DNA of 64,000 nucleotides from Auanema rhodensis. Lineage: Eukaryota > Animalia > Nematoda. Made by a program: the position numbers and the translations under genes. The notes beneath the pieces were generated by a model, which saw only the letters and a list, made by a program, of their open reading frames with translations, had not been told where the DNA came from and ran no database searches. Positions 51,052-64,000 of the stretch are shown here, piece after piece (position 1 is the first letter of the stretch; the number at the start of each line of letters is the position of its first letter). The stretch covers positions 6,386,001 through 6,450,000 of the forward strand of contig OZ059897.1 in the NCBI GenBank assembly GCA_964057225.1, in the 5' to 3' direction.

Positions 51052-51586
51052 TTTACAAAAAAAAAATAACAGAATCACTAATCGTCGTCTATGTCTGACC
51101 TGAAATTGAAACGAAAAATCAATTTTTTTCTATATAAAGTTAGAAAGAATTGAAGGAAAGTTTCAAAATATTTGTAAATATAAACATTTTCACACGAATC
51201 GATGACAATCCTCCTAAAGTAATGATATTTTGGGAATATGTTCAAGAAGAGAAGCAAACACAAATCATAACAGATTGAATATGATTTAATGATGAATATT
51301 TGTATCTCTTTCACATAAAATTAATTCGTTTAATTATAATAAATAGATTTAAGTTAATAAATATTAGAAAAAGATGGTACATCTTAAATAAATGAAAAGA
51401 AATTATTAAAAAATCATATGAAAACATTTAAAAGATTAATTATAATATTGAAAAACAAAAAACATAGACACAAGATATCATTAATGTTCATTTTTTGTTC
51501 GTCGAATTCGATATGATTAGTCTGAGACAAAAATATCAATATTAACTGGCTAACTGCTATTCAATGAACTCTCTCTCTCTTCCTCT

Positions 51587-51638
<52 letters not shown>

Positions 51639-54600
51639 GTTTCTCTTTTACTCCTCTCAATCTATTACACAATATTTATAATTAGACAGAACAGTTATAC
51701 AAGTTTATTATTTATAAAATCAAAAAAGGAGAGAGAGAGAGAATACAGGCTATAAGTGGCAGTTATCGGGGATGGGAGGGATGAGATCTTTTTGGATAAT
51801 ATTCGCTGCTTCATCAGCTTCTCAGCATAATTGCCTACAGGATTAACGGCTTTGAGTTGTGCACCTCTCCAAAACATAATTAAGATCACACGTAAGTGGA
51901 AGTGAACAAAAAAAAATAAAGATAATAAAGATAAAATATAAAGATCATTTGATATAAAGTTCTTTTAAAGTAAAATTATAAATATTTGAAGAAGCTTTGT
52001 TTAAGTTCAGAAATTAGTTGAGAATGAATGTGCTCAAGAGAGAGGGAGAAAGAGATACCTCACACACTCAGAAAAAAAATAATTGAAACTCTATTTAAAT
52101 AATATTTAATATAATTTATATAATAGATAATATTATCAGATATAAATTAAGATTAATTCTTGAACACCAGTAACAGAATTATAAGTAAAAATTGAGAAAA
52201 GATGAGATCTTATGAAATTAGTTACATAAAAATAAAAATTAAAGTTGTTTTATGTAACGAAATTGATTTATTTGACATTTTTCATTTTAAAATATAAAAG
52301 TTTATTGAAAACTTAAAACTTATATCACAGCATAATTGGATATCGTTTAATAATAGGACAAAATATTATTTTTTTCTTTAAATAAACAGCAAAAGATTTT
52401 ATGTTAAAACTTTTATAATTTTGAAATGTACTTCGAGTAATTGCTTCTAATACTTTGTAGGTTTCTCCCTCTCTATCGATCTCTTTCGCTTACTTTATCT
52501 CTCTTAGCTTGTTAGTTAATCAAAAAGATAAAATGTATCAATAAGATTAAATAAGACTATTCGTTGAATTACTGAGAAAAAAAAGACTAAATCTTCTTTT
52601 TTAATTAAAAACTACCAGATACCATATTATAGCATAGTTTTCAGTCACACAGATTTTTACTACAGCAATATAAAAAGAAAATTTAAAAAAACAGGAAAAG
52701 GATGGATGAAATCTGAGTATTTTTCGAAAATTTTGTGAAGTTAAATGAAGGACATGATGGAATCTTCACTATAGCAGCTTATGCTAGAAAAAATTTAACA
52801 AAGTAAAATCAAAATAAACTTTTCGCTTTTGGTGGCAAAAAAAAGACAAAATAAAACAGAATAAAATCTAAAATAATGAAAGAGAATAAAAAAGAAAAAG
52901 TCATATGGTACTATTGATATTGATTAGAAAATTTTTATAAACTTCACAAAGATTCTGAAGTAAAGATCAATCTGGTAGGATTACCAGCATCAAGGATATG
53001 ATGAAGACCCAACAAATTAGAAGCCATGAGCAAACATGATATTAAAAGCCATGAAAAATCCGATCTTTCTCAATGTGGGTGTTAATACATATAAAATTAG
53101 TAAAAATTTGAATATTTTTCTAATTTTTTGTGAAACAATTACAAAAATAGGGAAATCTTTGAAAAGATGTTAAGATGAGTGATGTGAATAGAAGGAAAAG
53201 CATATATGTGTATTCTCACATGTTGTTATTACTAACTATTCAGACTTGAATAGAAGCTTTACTATCCTACATTACATATGTTGAATTGTTGTCAAAAATT
53301 AGAATATACGTGATATTTTCACCAACTATGCGTAATAAGTACGTGAAAACGTGAAATTTCATTTTTTTTGAAATGTTGACAACAAAGAATGGTTGAATAC
53401 TTATTTACCTATTCTATCTATTATTAACCTTCTGAAGCTTCATTAAGCAGTTGCTTCATCTATATCATATGTTTCTTCTCTAAACTAGAAAGAAACTTGT
53501 TATCTTTTTTTTTTTTTGAAATTATCCGTTTGAAAGATAGTAAGAAATATTCAGTTTGGTCAAACTCTTCTACTTTGATATTGGGCACTGTCGTCGTCAA
53601 TCAGCCTATTCAGCATGAAACGATTAGCCGTGATTTGCCTGGTTACCAGATTCCAAATAAGGAATGAGCTCATCAAAGAGAAAAAATTAAAAAAAAATCG
53701 AAACCCACGAGAATTATTATTTTTCTATTGGTTTTTGCTGAAATTTTCATGAAAATTATAGAGCTGTTGAAGTAGATGTGTATGCATGTATGTTGATAGA
53801 ACTATAGACTTTCTTTAAAGGACTAATAACTTATAGAAAGAAGAATATAGTAATAAATGGATTAAAAGTTGAAAAAGAAAGACAAATTCATTATTTTTCG
53901 TAATCAAAGTATGAAATAGCTTCTAAGAATGTTGTAATACAATGATATTAACTCATCTTCTATGCATAAACATTGATGATAATGATGATATTTGGTTGCA
54001 AATTTTGAACTTGGAAATGTTTTTGTTTCTTCAAAAACTTAGAAAAAAAAACAACAAAACTGAATATGAATTGATAATAGAAGCAAAAGAAAGAGATTTT
54101 TTAATACAATGATTCCTGAGTTGACGTGACAGTACTAGAAATAAAAACAAATTTTTGGAATGAAAAGTTGTCAACAATCTTGATGAAATATGAAATTTAT
54201 GACAATTTTTGTGCAGTTATTATAGTACTAGTTGATTAAATATTAATTTATACATATATTCATTAAAATAATAAGAAATATGTAAAGGTGAATGAAGGAA
54301 AATTCCTTAATTTTCTTTTTATAGAATATGTGAATTACTAGAAAGTCAGACGAGGCTATTACTTTGCCATGAAAGGGGATGGGATCATCACTGTACCATC
54401 TGTAAATTAGCTCGAATTTAGAAAAGCAAAATTGAAAATTGAATTCGATTATCATGCACGAACAACCGATTATACATACATTTTTCTCCAGAATATATAT
54501 TACAGAATATTCAGAGAATAAGTATTATAAACATATAAATGGAAGAGATGATGAGGAAAAATCAGCTGTTAGTTTGGCTTGATTTAGGGAGTCAAGAATG

Positions 54601-54707
54601 ACCAGAGAGGGAGAGAGAGAGGAGAAGGAATAAGGAGGGACAGAATATAAAGAAAGGGAGATAAAAGGTTTTAGAAAATATAGAACGTTACTTTAACGAG
54701 GGAAACA

Positions 54708-54711
<4 letters not shown>

Positions 54712-54774
<63 letters not shown>
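54712..54774. repeat. (AG)n microsatellite
   Basis: Directly visible dinucleotide run. Confidence 0.95.
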
Positions 54775-54778
<4 letters not shown>

Positions 54779-55825
54779 AGCATCTATGGCTATGCAGATG
54801 TTAAGATTAGCTTGCTAAGGTAATAAATATATAAAACAAATGATGAAAATACGTAAAAGTAACAATGAATGAATGATGATAATCATTACAGCCCTTGTTT
54901 TTTGTGTTTTTTTCTTAGAAAAATCGTTATTAATAGAATTTTATTTATATATTTTTGCAAAAATTGCATATAGCATCATTGTATCGAGTCATATGTAGCC
55001 TATTATGAAGATCATAATGAACTGACTACCTTTTCCGGGTATATAGGTAGACAGAGAGTTGTTTCCCTAATACTAATATAAACTAATTTGTCTACTAAAA
55101 TGTATTAAAAATGTTATTTTTATATATTGTAATTACAATATGATGGTGTGCAAGAGAGGGAAGTAGTGGGGGAGGCTTATAAAGCATGACTACAATCAAA
55201 CTTAGAGTATACGATTTTTGGTCATTTTTTCAGATTTTAATCTAGCAAATATTCTTTTTTCTTTTCAATTTTGAATAACTTTCAAACTGATCAGAATAAG
55301 GCTCTCCTTGAAAATCTTTGTATTTCTTAACATAAATCTCCATTTTCGTCACTTATTCTACTTGACTCATGTTAGGTTAGGACATCATCTCTTATAACGT
55401 TGTTCCTCCTTCAATGGGCTTGAAAGAGATAGTAAAATGGAAGATGTACATCATGTAGACAAGAAGAAGATAGAGATAAAGATAGAGAGATTTAGAGAGT
55501 AAAGCAGAAGATCTCGAAGATCAATGTGAATGAGTGTTAGTCAAATGTGTATGAGCTGTAGGTGTTGATGATGGTTGATGATAATCTAAATTTTAAACTT
55601 ACCAAACAAGTTAAATATGATTAAAAGACAGAAATATTAATAACATCATCATTAAACTATCAACTTAAATTATGAAAATGAGAAATTAACAAACAGACTT
55701 TCAGATATTACAGGTAATTCCTTAGTTCGACAAGAAATATGTATGCTAGTTATTACTAAAAGTAATTAGTCCAATGATATGGAAGAGAGCACAAAAATAT
55801 TTATATGCTACCCTTATACTCACTT

Positions 55826-55860
<35 letters not shown>

Positions 55861-57666
55861 TTCTTTCTTTGTTTCTCTTTCTATTTAAAAAAATCATGAT
55901 TAGAAAATATGAATTCACGTCAGTTCGTGGGGAATAGTCAGTATAGGCTGTTGGCAGACAAATATGAAAATTTCAAATTTTGTCTGTCGGTATGTATAGT
56001 GTATTATAAACTATATGTATAAGATATATCTTCGATATAAACAAAACAAAATACGAAAGATAACACGAAAACGATGAAAAAACGATTTTTTTTCTCTCTC
56101 ACCACGACGATGACAACAAAAAATCAGAAGAAGAAGAAGAAGAAGACGTAGAAACAGAATTGTTTAACATCTTCAATGACATAATTGCTTACCAATACTC
56201 TTTCATCATTTTGGTTCAAAATCAGAAGAAAGCCGTATGGAAAGAAAAAGAGAGGCGGTGGTGTAGATGTCTATGTAGCTGCTTAGTGCTTCATCCAACC
56301 ATTATCCAATCAGTGAAACCATTTCTGTGGCTCTTTCAGGTTTTTTCTTTGGAATTTCAACTTTTAATCTTTTTTTTTCAGATTTAAAATCATAAAATGA
56401 AAAATCAAGGAATGAGAAAAAGCTAAAAAGATTATTTATATATAGTCTATAGATAGATCTGAAAACGTTAATGATGTTTCTTCTATTATATATTTATTCT
56501 ACATGAATACGTGATTGTTAATAACTATTTTGAATCAAAAATCAGTAAAACTTTGAATAAAAACAGTAAAACAACAAAAAAAAATGAAGAAGAATATCGT
56601 AAGCCATAATATTCTTCAAGAAATCAATGTTTTCTTTCTATAATAATTAGTTGTTGTCAAATTTTCATGTAACATCTTATCTTCAGCACAGTCCATGATC
56701 AAGCTTTTCTACATCTATTATGATTTTCTGCTCAAAAAAGTCGCAACAACGTGGTTGACTAATAAGCATTAGAAGTGAATTGAAAGATATCTGATGTCTG
56801 AACATTACATCCATATTTAACTAATCATTTATATTAATATAAACTATGTATACGTAGATATATTTATACATATATAGTTATAATATAATTATAGTTATTA
56901 TATAATTTTATATGTTTATTCACAAAAAATATTAAAAAGTAACAAAACCAATGATCAAACTATATGGTTTTGCTCGCTTCGTTCTCATCAAATTCAATAA
57001 TCTGATTTAAAAAAATTAAGAATAAACGTGAAATCTTGAAATTAATTTAAATACAATGTATTAAACAGCTAATTAACAATTTAAACACAAAAAAAAAGAA
57101 AAGAAAATCTTCTCGGCAACAAGATAGAAACGCCATATAGCTGTGAGATGAAGAAGAAGCCTGAAAATCATTAACATCAAGTATATCAATCATAATATTG
57201 AGATATAACGAATTAATAAATACATGATCTCCAGATTATATATTTTAAAATCTTTTGACATCCTTAAGAAACAGAAAAAAAAACAATATTTTTACTTTTT
57301 CTTTATATTTCATTCACATCTCACCTCCCTCATATATGCCTGGTTCACCCTCTTTCTATCCCCCCCCCCTCCTCATTGTGTGATTAATCTTTTAATAGTT
57401 ATAGCATATGTTATAGCATAACATCACCAGCTGATTTAGTACTTCATGAAAATTCAATTTTTCAAAAAAAAAAAGAAGGAAATATTCATAAACTTTCAGA
57501 TGATGTATGATTTCAATTTTTTAAATTCAATCATGAATTTATTTTTAAGTTTCAGGATATTATGCTTCATCAGATTAAACTAAACTCTAGAAACTGAAAA
57601 TTATGTTTGTTAGAACATCATCTTCTCTTCTCAGACTGAACCTGGTGCGCATTACCGTGATACCTA

Positions 57667-58370
57667 CAGTCCTGTGCAATGAAGGTTGCACACCCCTATG
57701 TTAGAGGCTCCAGAAAACCCCTTCAAAATACAAAAAAAATTATTTTAATTTTTTAAACTTTGTGAGTTCATATAGTTTATATTCAGTCGAAATATATGTT
57801 AATATAATGAAAACTGATTTTAAAATTATTTTTTCTAAATTTATAAGGAAATTTAGTGTTTTTTGACTATTTTGAATAATTCATCTTAATATAACAAAAT
57901 TTAAAATTAGGAACATGTTATTTCATTAAAAATATTTTAAAATGATTCTAAGCACAAAACTCGATCAATAACCAAGTTTTATCTGCAGCATAGCTTCAAA
58001 CAAGTAAGCTTCAGCATCTGAATCTTACTGAATATCTATGAAGAGAACTTGGTTGACGTACAACCAAATTCTCCCATTTAAAAGAAAAATTGACGTTTAG
58101 CGTTGTTGACTCTTAACACTATATTAAGAGATTATATCTTAATTTTTGATGAAACTTCTGAAATTCAAGAAAGAAGACTTCAAGCAGTTTATAAAAATTT
58201 CGGAGACTTCAGAAAATACTTTTAAACATGATTTTTTGATTATTTTAAAATAGTTTTAAGTTCATTATCATTTTTTAACACTCAAAATATATTTTTTCTG
58301 ATTTTTTGTAGTTTGTCTGAGAAGGTATAAGGGATTCCAATGAGTGTCCCAACTATTTCGTACAAGTCTG
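57667..58370. mobile_element. Degenerate non-autonomous Tc1/mariner-like element (MITE)
   Basis: TA flanks both ends. Left end CAGTCCTGTGCAATGAAGGTTGCACACCC versus right end reverse-complement CAGACTTGTACGAAATAGTTGGGACACTC (about 18/29 identical), with further patchy sub-terminal inverted similarity. No transposase ORF. Confidence 0.5.
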
Positions 58371-58658
58371 TATATATGAATATAATTCATAAGATTACCT
58401 TTATACATATATGTGTGTGTATAAACTGAAAAAAATGCTTAACAATTTAAAAAAAACTTTCATTCAAACTGCCTATTAGTATGGATGACTGAACTTTAGA
58501 TTTGAATTTCAGAAAATTATGTATCTTGTAGGAAGTATAAATATTTCTTCAAATTCTCTTATATATGAAAACTTTATTATCTTTTCCAGAATCAGATTGT
58601 AGAAGATTAATAAGAAGCTGATAATGAAGATGTTTCTCCCATCTCTCTCTCTATGTGT

Positions 58659-58661
<3 letters not shown>

Positions 58662-58711
<50 letters not shown>

Positions 58712-58720
58712 GAGAGAGAG
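58662..58720. repeat. (AG)n microsatellite
   Basis: Directly visible dinucleotide run with one interruption. Confidence 0.95.
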
Positions 58721-61700
58721 ATGGAAGAATTATATCTGTGATTTAAAAAAAATGAAATTATTAGAAATTAGTTCTTCATAATTATGCAAAACATAACAAC
58801 TTATTAGTGTCGTAGCGTACCCTCTTGCTTCTATCACTCGCTGGCATCTTGTTTTCATTGAGTCAAGGAGTATATTAATTCTATCTATAAGGATTTTCGC
58901 CCATTCCTAATGCAATTGAGCAAATTTTTCATTGACGTTCCTTGCTGTTTTTCCTATTAACCGACGTGCCAACTCTTCCCAAAGGTATTCAATGGATATG
59001 ATGCCGACGGATATCAACGACGATGGTCTCAAGCATGTGAATTATTATTAATATTATTATGGCAGTTTTTTGTAATTTTACCTTGTTATTTCTAATCCTA
59101 TGCTTTCAGATCGGTGACTAACCGGGTATGGAAAATTTGAGTGTCGGATCGTTCTGATCTACAGCATTTCATGAGGAAGGCGTTTTTTCGGACCCAATAA
59201 TAGACTAATGGTGTGCCTCAACTGTCGTCGTGCCAAGTAGCCTGATGCGCCTACAGAGACTTGGCGCCTTGCGAAACAATAATGCCTTTGTATTACTTTT
59301 GATAAATAAAAAACCTTTGAAATCATGCTTAAATTGATAAAACTTCACTTTTGTTGAAAAAACTCACTTTTTGTTGAAAAAAAAAACCACTTTTGGGAAT
59401 TGGGGGAAAAGGTTCGTTATCTAGACACATTATACTACTACTTGGAATGCCTGCAAATAGAGAGTTCAAGATAAAATTAATGTATAAATGAAATTAAAAT
59501 ATGTAAAAAGACAATACAAGATATACGTATATACACATGTATATGTAAGTATTTCAAAATTAAATAAAATTCGGTAGTTAATATATGGTAATGCTGGTAA
59601 AAAGGTTGAAGAAGAAGAACTTAAAATTTGAAATAATGACATTGAACTTTCATAAGATCTAACTTCCTGGTTATATGTTTTACTCTTATATGTGTACGTG
59701 TTTTAAAATATTATTACTCAAAATAGTAAAGGAATAGAAACTAATTCAAGACTTAATAGAAAAAGAGAGAGGAAAGCGGGGCCAGGGGGATTCGTGGAAA
59801 AGGAATGAAAGAGGAAGAGTTATTTTAAAACTCTGATCAGACAGTTGATATTTGGCTAATTTAGAAATCAAGCTGTGAATTCCTTTTGTACGCCACTTCC
59901 GGAGCGATGCAGCGATGCTTCAGAAGTCAACTACGTCATAGGCGTCTGAATTGAACTCGCATTGCATATTAACAGAAGTTTTGTCTACCAGCTTTTCAAC
60001 ACGATCATCTATTATAGAATTCAAAAAAATTCTTCTGAATTGTGATGACGAAAGAAATAAAGTTTTTAATTAGTTTAAGAATCTTCTGCTGGTTACCCAC
60101 TTATTTCCGCAACTTCCAAAAAATCTAAAAATAGTAAAAGCATATGAATGATGAATGAGTCTGTCTCTCCTCTCTATATGCTTCAGTCCAAACTAAAATT
60201 AAAAAAAGAAAGAAGAAAAGACGGTTAGATAAATGACAAATCGAGATGAATATGTTTTTACTATATACTTTATTTAGCTTCTTTTTCATCTTTTAGTAAA
60301 AACCATATGATATATGTTTCTTATTTTAATCTATTTTAGGAATTTTTTAGCACTGAATCATAATACATAACCTTAATATGTGTATATATAAAGATATATA
60401 CATGTATACTATATGTATAATTAAAAGTGAAATTATACGTAATATATATATATATATATATTTCTTGTACTTATATATTTATATATTAGATATATTATGC
60501 AATATATCTAATATATCATGTGCCATATAACCTCTGCTGGTAATCAAAACTTTTTTCTTTACTTTTTGAATCGCACACACCTTTTTCTTTTGTCTTCTAT
60601 GAAATTCAGTTCCTTGTTAAGTTGGAAAAAAGATTCAGTGTCTTAAAAATCGAAAAAGTATTGGCAGATTGTGATTACTGAAGTAGGAAAAAACAATTTG
60701 TTTTCAATTAGACTTGCGGCTTCTACTTCAACTCCTAAACGTTTCCACCATTGCCAACTGCGCTCTCCTATCTTCTACCTCATATTTTGTGTGCTTTAGA
60801 AAGTGAACATTGACATGTTTCTTTTGCTTTTTTTCTGCAACTTCATTTCATCTGTTACGTCAGCTTAGACGAGTCATCTACAACTTGTGAATGAAAGCCA
60901 CATTCATATTTTTCCAGCATGCAATTTGAACAATTTCAAAGTACAGATGATCTTCAATGTTTTAGAAAAAAAATGTAATTCTATTATAAAAACTGAAATC
61001 AGAAGAGAACTGTAAATGAATGGACTGAATATAATAATAAGGAGAGCTGTGACATCAAGGAAGAGAAAGAAAGAGAGAAAGAAAAAGAGAGAAACAAAAA
61101 GGAGTCAAGGGAATAAGAAAAGAAGAATAGAAAAGAAAGAGAGTGAGAGAACGAGAGAAATATAGAAATATTAAAAAAGTGATAGATGAGGAAGAGGAAA
61201 AAAGTGGGAAAGAGGTAGAAAATAGATTGAAATCCAACCGTTCGATGAAGAAGTTAAGAAAAAATGAAGTTCACGTCACGCCATCAGTACGTGATTTTTG
61301 CAACAACCCGGTCATTTAAATTCTTTCAAATACTGATCAGAAGATTTGTTTGAAGACAAGTAGTTATTGCACAACACACCCACAGATCCATTCAAAATTA
61401 ATACTATACGATAAGTTATTTCATAAATATTTCTTGAAATTGAAAGAAAATAACAAAAGAAAGCAATTAATAAGCTTAATTATAAGAATGTTGTTGAATT
61501 ATAAATTTCATGTTTCCACGAAATCCTGAACTATTCAAATCAATTTCGAAATTTCTTATCATTTTTTGTGGAATTTTCACAAAAAATGTGACGTGTTAGA
61601 GCTTTCACTGCTCACCATATATGCATTTTATTCTTTTTTTTTCTAAATATATAATTTCCTTTTTCAAGTACAAAAAAAACACTAAAAGTTTTACTTTAAC

Positions 61701-62864
61701 AGCTTTTGTTCACCGCCCCCTCTCCCCCACCTCCGCTACAATCAACTCTTTCACCTCTTATTGCACACATCATTTCATGATATGATCTCAGGATTTGTAA
61801 CAAATTACTTACTCATTAAAACTTTAATCAAATTTGTATTTTAAACCTGACAATAACCTAATTTCGATTTGATTTGGATGTGATTTATTACTTTTTAAGT
61901 AGAAAACTCAATTTATGTGCTATTGAACAGCCACCAACTCATACACATATACACAGAATGCAAAAAAAAAAAATAAGTTATCCTAATTTTCAGATTCAAG
62001 TAGAGAAACGGATGGGTCTGCTGTTTCAACTATCAGCTAACTTTTTTGAAAATAGATTCATCATTTGAGCCTGACTCATCTGGAATGGCTGTTAAAATTG
62101 TAAGTTGATGTATGTATATGTATGTACATGTAAATATGATCATCCGGTAGTTTATAGTTAATTAAGTTACTGATTAACGTTATGTGTTTTGTTATCCTCG
62201 TCCTTTTATGCTTCTTCATTATGTGTATATAACTGCAAAAACGTTTTTAAGTATTCAGATGAGACATTGAAAACCAGTTTGAAAGCGTATAGATCTGTTG
62301 CAAAATAGATTTGCTTTTAATTTTCAATCTTATTTATCTTTTCTTCATTCTTAAGTTAATTAGTCTTTTCTATTTTTCTTCATTTTCACGGAGGTCAGAG
62401 GGCTGGAACTTATGCATACAACTAGCCGTTGACTCCAGACTTGACGTCATCCACTACTGATAGAATTAATGACGTTCTATGCGTGAAGCTCTTCAAGCTC
62501 ACAGCCATTACTAATATATGTTTATGACAATTTTTTTACTTTTCGGAATGACCTTAAGATTATGTCATTCCCAGTTTCATCAGTCTGTCAAATCTGAAAT
62601 TCATATAAACTCTGATCATTTTCTTTTGTATGCATCAATCATCAATAGGCTACTTTCACAATATTTTAAATATTAAAACAGAAATTAAGCTTACGGCTAA
62701 GAAGCTTACTTTGATCAAAGAAAAAAAATTAATTTTTTATAATAAGAAAGAGAAATCAGAATAAGCTACTTCTTGCGCTGGCTTCTCCTCAAATGAAATG
62801 TTTTTATTAATTTCAAAATTTCCAAAAATAGAGAAAGAGAATGAACCGTACAGAAAAGGATATA

Positions 62865-62866
<2 letters not shown>

Positions 62867-62925
<59 letters not shown>
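62867..62925. repeat. (AG)n microsatellite
   Basis: Directly visible dinucleotide run. Confidence 0.95.
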
Positions 62926-62929
<4 letters not shown>

Positions 62930-63123
62930 AGGAAAAACCGTACAAAAAAAGATTTGAAAGAGAGTGTGTGAAAGAGAGTGTGTGAAAGAGAGAGAGAGAG
63001 ATGGAGGAAATGAAGGAAATGAAAAAGAGAGAGAATAAACATATACCATATTTACTATTACGTTTGAATCATAAAAAACTATTTTAATAATTACAATATA
63101 ATTCTAAATATATATAATTAGTT

Positions 63124-63156
<33 letters not shown>

Positions 63157-64000
63157 TCTAAAAGTATTATGCTTATTTTAAAAATATTTATAATGAAATA
63201 ATTATGTTCTTTCGATATTAGTTCGTATCTTCCTATTTCATATAAGTACTTTATACTCACTCACCACATTCAGCAAAACATTTCTTCATTTTATCTTTTC
63301 GTTCATTTGCTGCTTAATGCTACTACTATTTAGAAGAGTATGAACTGGAGTATATGCATATCTTACTTCATTGAAAATTACCTTTGGTCTCTCTCCCTCT
63401 CTCTTAGCAGCTCTATTACTCTCTCTATCTTGCCAACTATCACTTTTGCTCTTTTATTTCTCGCCTTTACCTCCTACACTAAATTATTTTCGCCTCAGTT
63501 ACCTAAAAACATTTCTTTCAAAATCTCTATTGAAATAGCTTGCACGTCTTAAATGTCAAAATTACGGCAATTGATCTTGAAATCTCAGGAGAGGTTGTGT
63601 GAGGGTGGACACGAATAGATGTCGTCATCCGTCAAGAAAACCTTTTGAAGCATTTTTCATCCAGAACCCTCTTTATTCATTCGAAAATCAGTGTTCGATA
63701 TATTGAGAATGAAGGCTGACAGGACAGACGAGTTATTTTTCTTTGTTTTACTGAATTTGTATACAATGCTCAAATATATTTATATAATAGATTGTCCTTC
63801 TTTCAAGAAAAAAAAGTAATTTCACATCATTTATTGTAAAATAATACTTAAAGCTGTCACTTATTACTATTTGTATACATATATACAAGCACACATAAGG
63901 CACACATCGTGTGTTGTTTTGTTTTTTTCTAGTTTTGTTACTAGGAAATTGAATAACTCATTCTTTCCATTGAAAAGCATCGCTTGACCAACCTGCTTTC

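Noticed and set aside
53633-57120. X-box-like half matches upstream of the GPCR (53633, 54812, 57107)
   Set aside because: Each deviates from the consensus and lies more than 2.5 kb from the ATG.
27925-63049. Many ORF-track entries rich in SLSLSL, ERERER or F/I/L
   Set aside because: They are translations of (CT)n/(AG)n microsatellites and AT-rich non-coding DNA, with no splice-consistent gene structure.
1-64000. CRISPR arrays, rRNA, SL RNA, telomeric arrays, piRNA Ruby-motif cluster
   Set aside because: None seen; CTGTTTCA occurs only sporadically (about 45231 and 62021).

Overview
This is eukaryotic, AT-rich genomic DNA from a nematode, most likely a rhabditid. It has many 40-55 nt GT-AG introns, TTTCAG-type acceptors and abundant (CT)n/(AG)n microsatellites. 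The ORF track is mostly noise because the genes are spliced, so I built gene models by reading exons by hand. Nine protein-coding genes are supported. In order: an exostosin (EXT2-like) glycosyltransferase (minus, runs off the left edge); chch-3/MIC19 (minus, probably in an operon with the EXT gene); a ~19-kb daf-19/RFX gene (plus); a membrane-anchored phospholipase-B1/SGNH-like protein (minus); a small Cys/His-rich zinc-finger-like orphan (plus); a NAGLU/GH89 protein (plus); msh-5 (plus) followed closely by an unknown type I membrane protein gene; an unknown small gene (minus); and a class A peptide-type GPCR (minus) with ~13 kb of gene-free upstream DNA holding a decayed Tc1/mariner-like MITE. 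The best leads are four. daf-19 introns contain four consensus X-boxes, one sitting just upstream of a candidate internal first exon, which suggests an autoregulatory isoform circuit. A ~26-bp composite motif recurs three times in non-coding DNA. Two enzymes (the SGNH lipase and the GH89 protein) look catalytically degenerate. The exostosin looks EXT2-like rather than like C. elegans RIB-1. Homology calls come from remembered family motifs, not from database searches, and exon boundaries are manual predictions.
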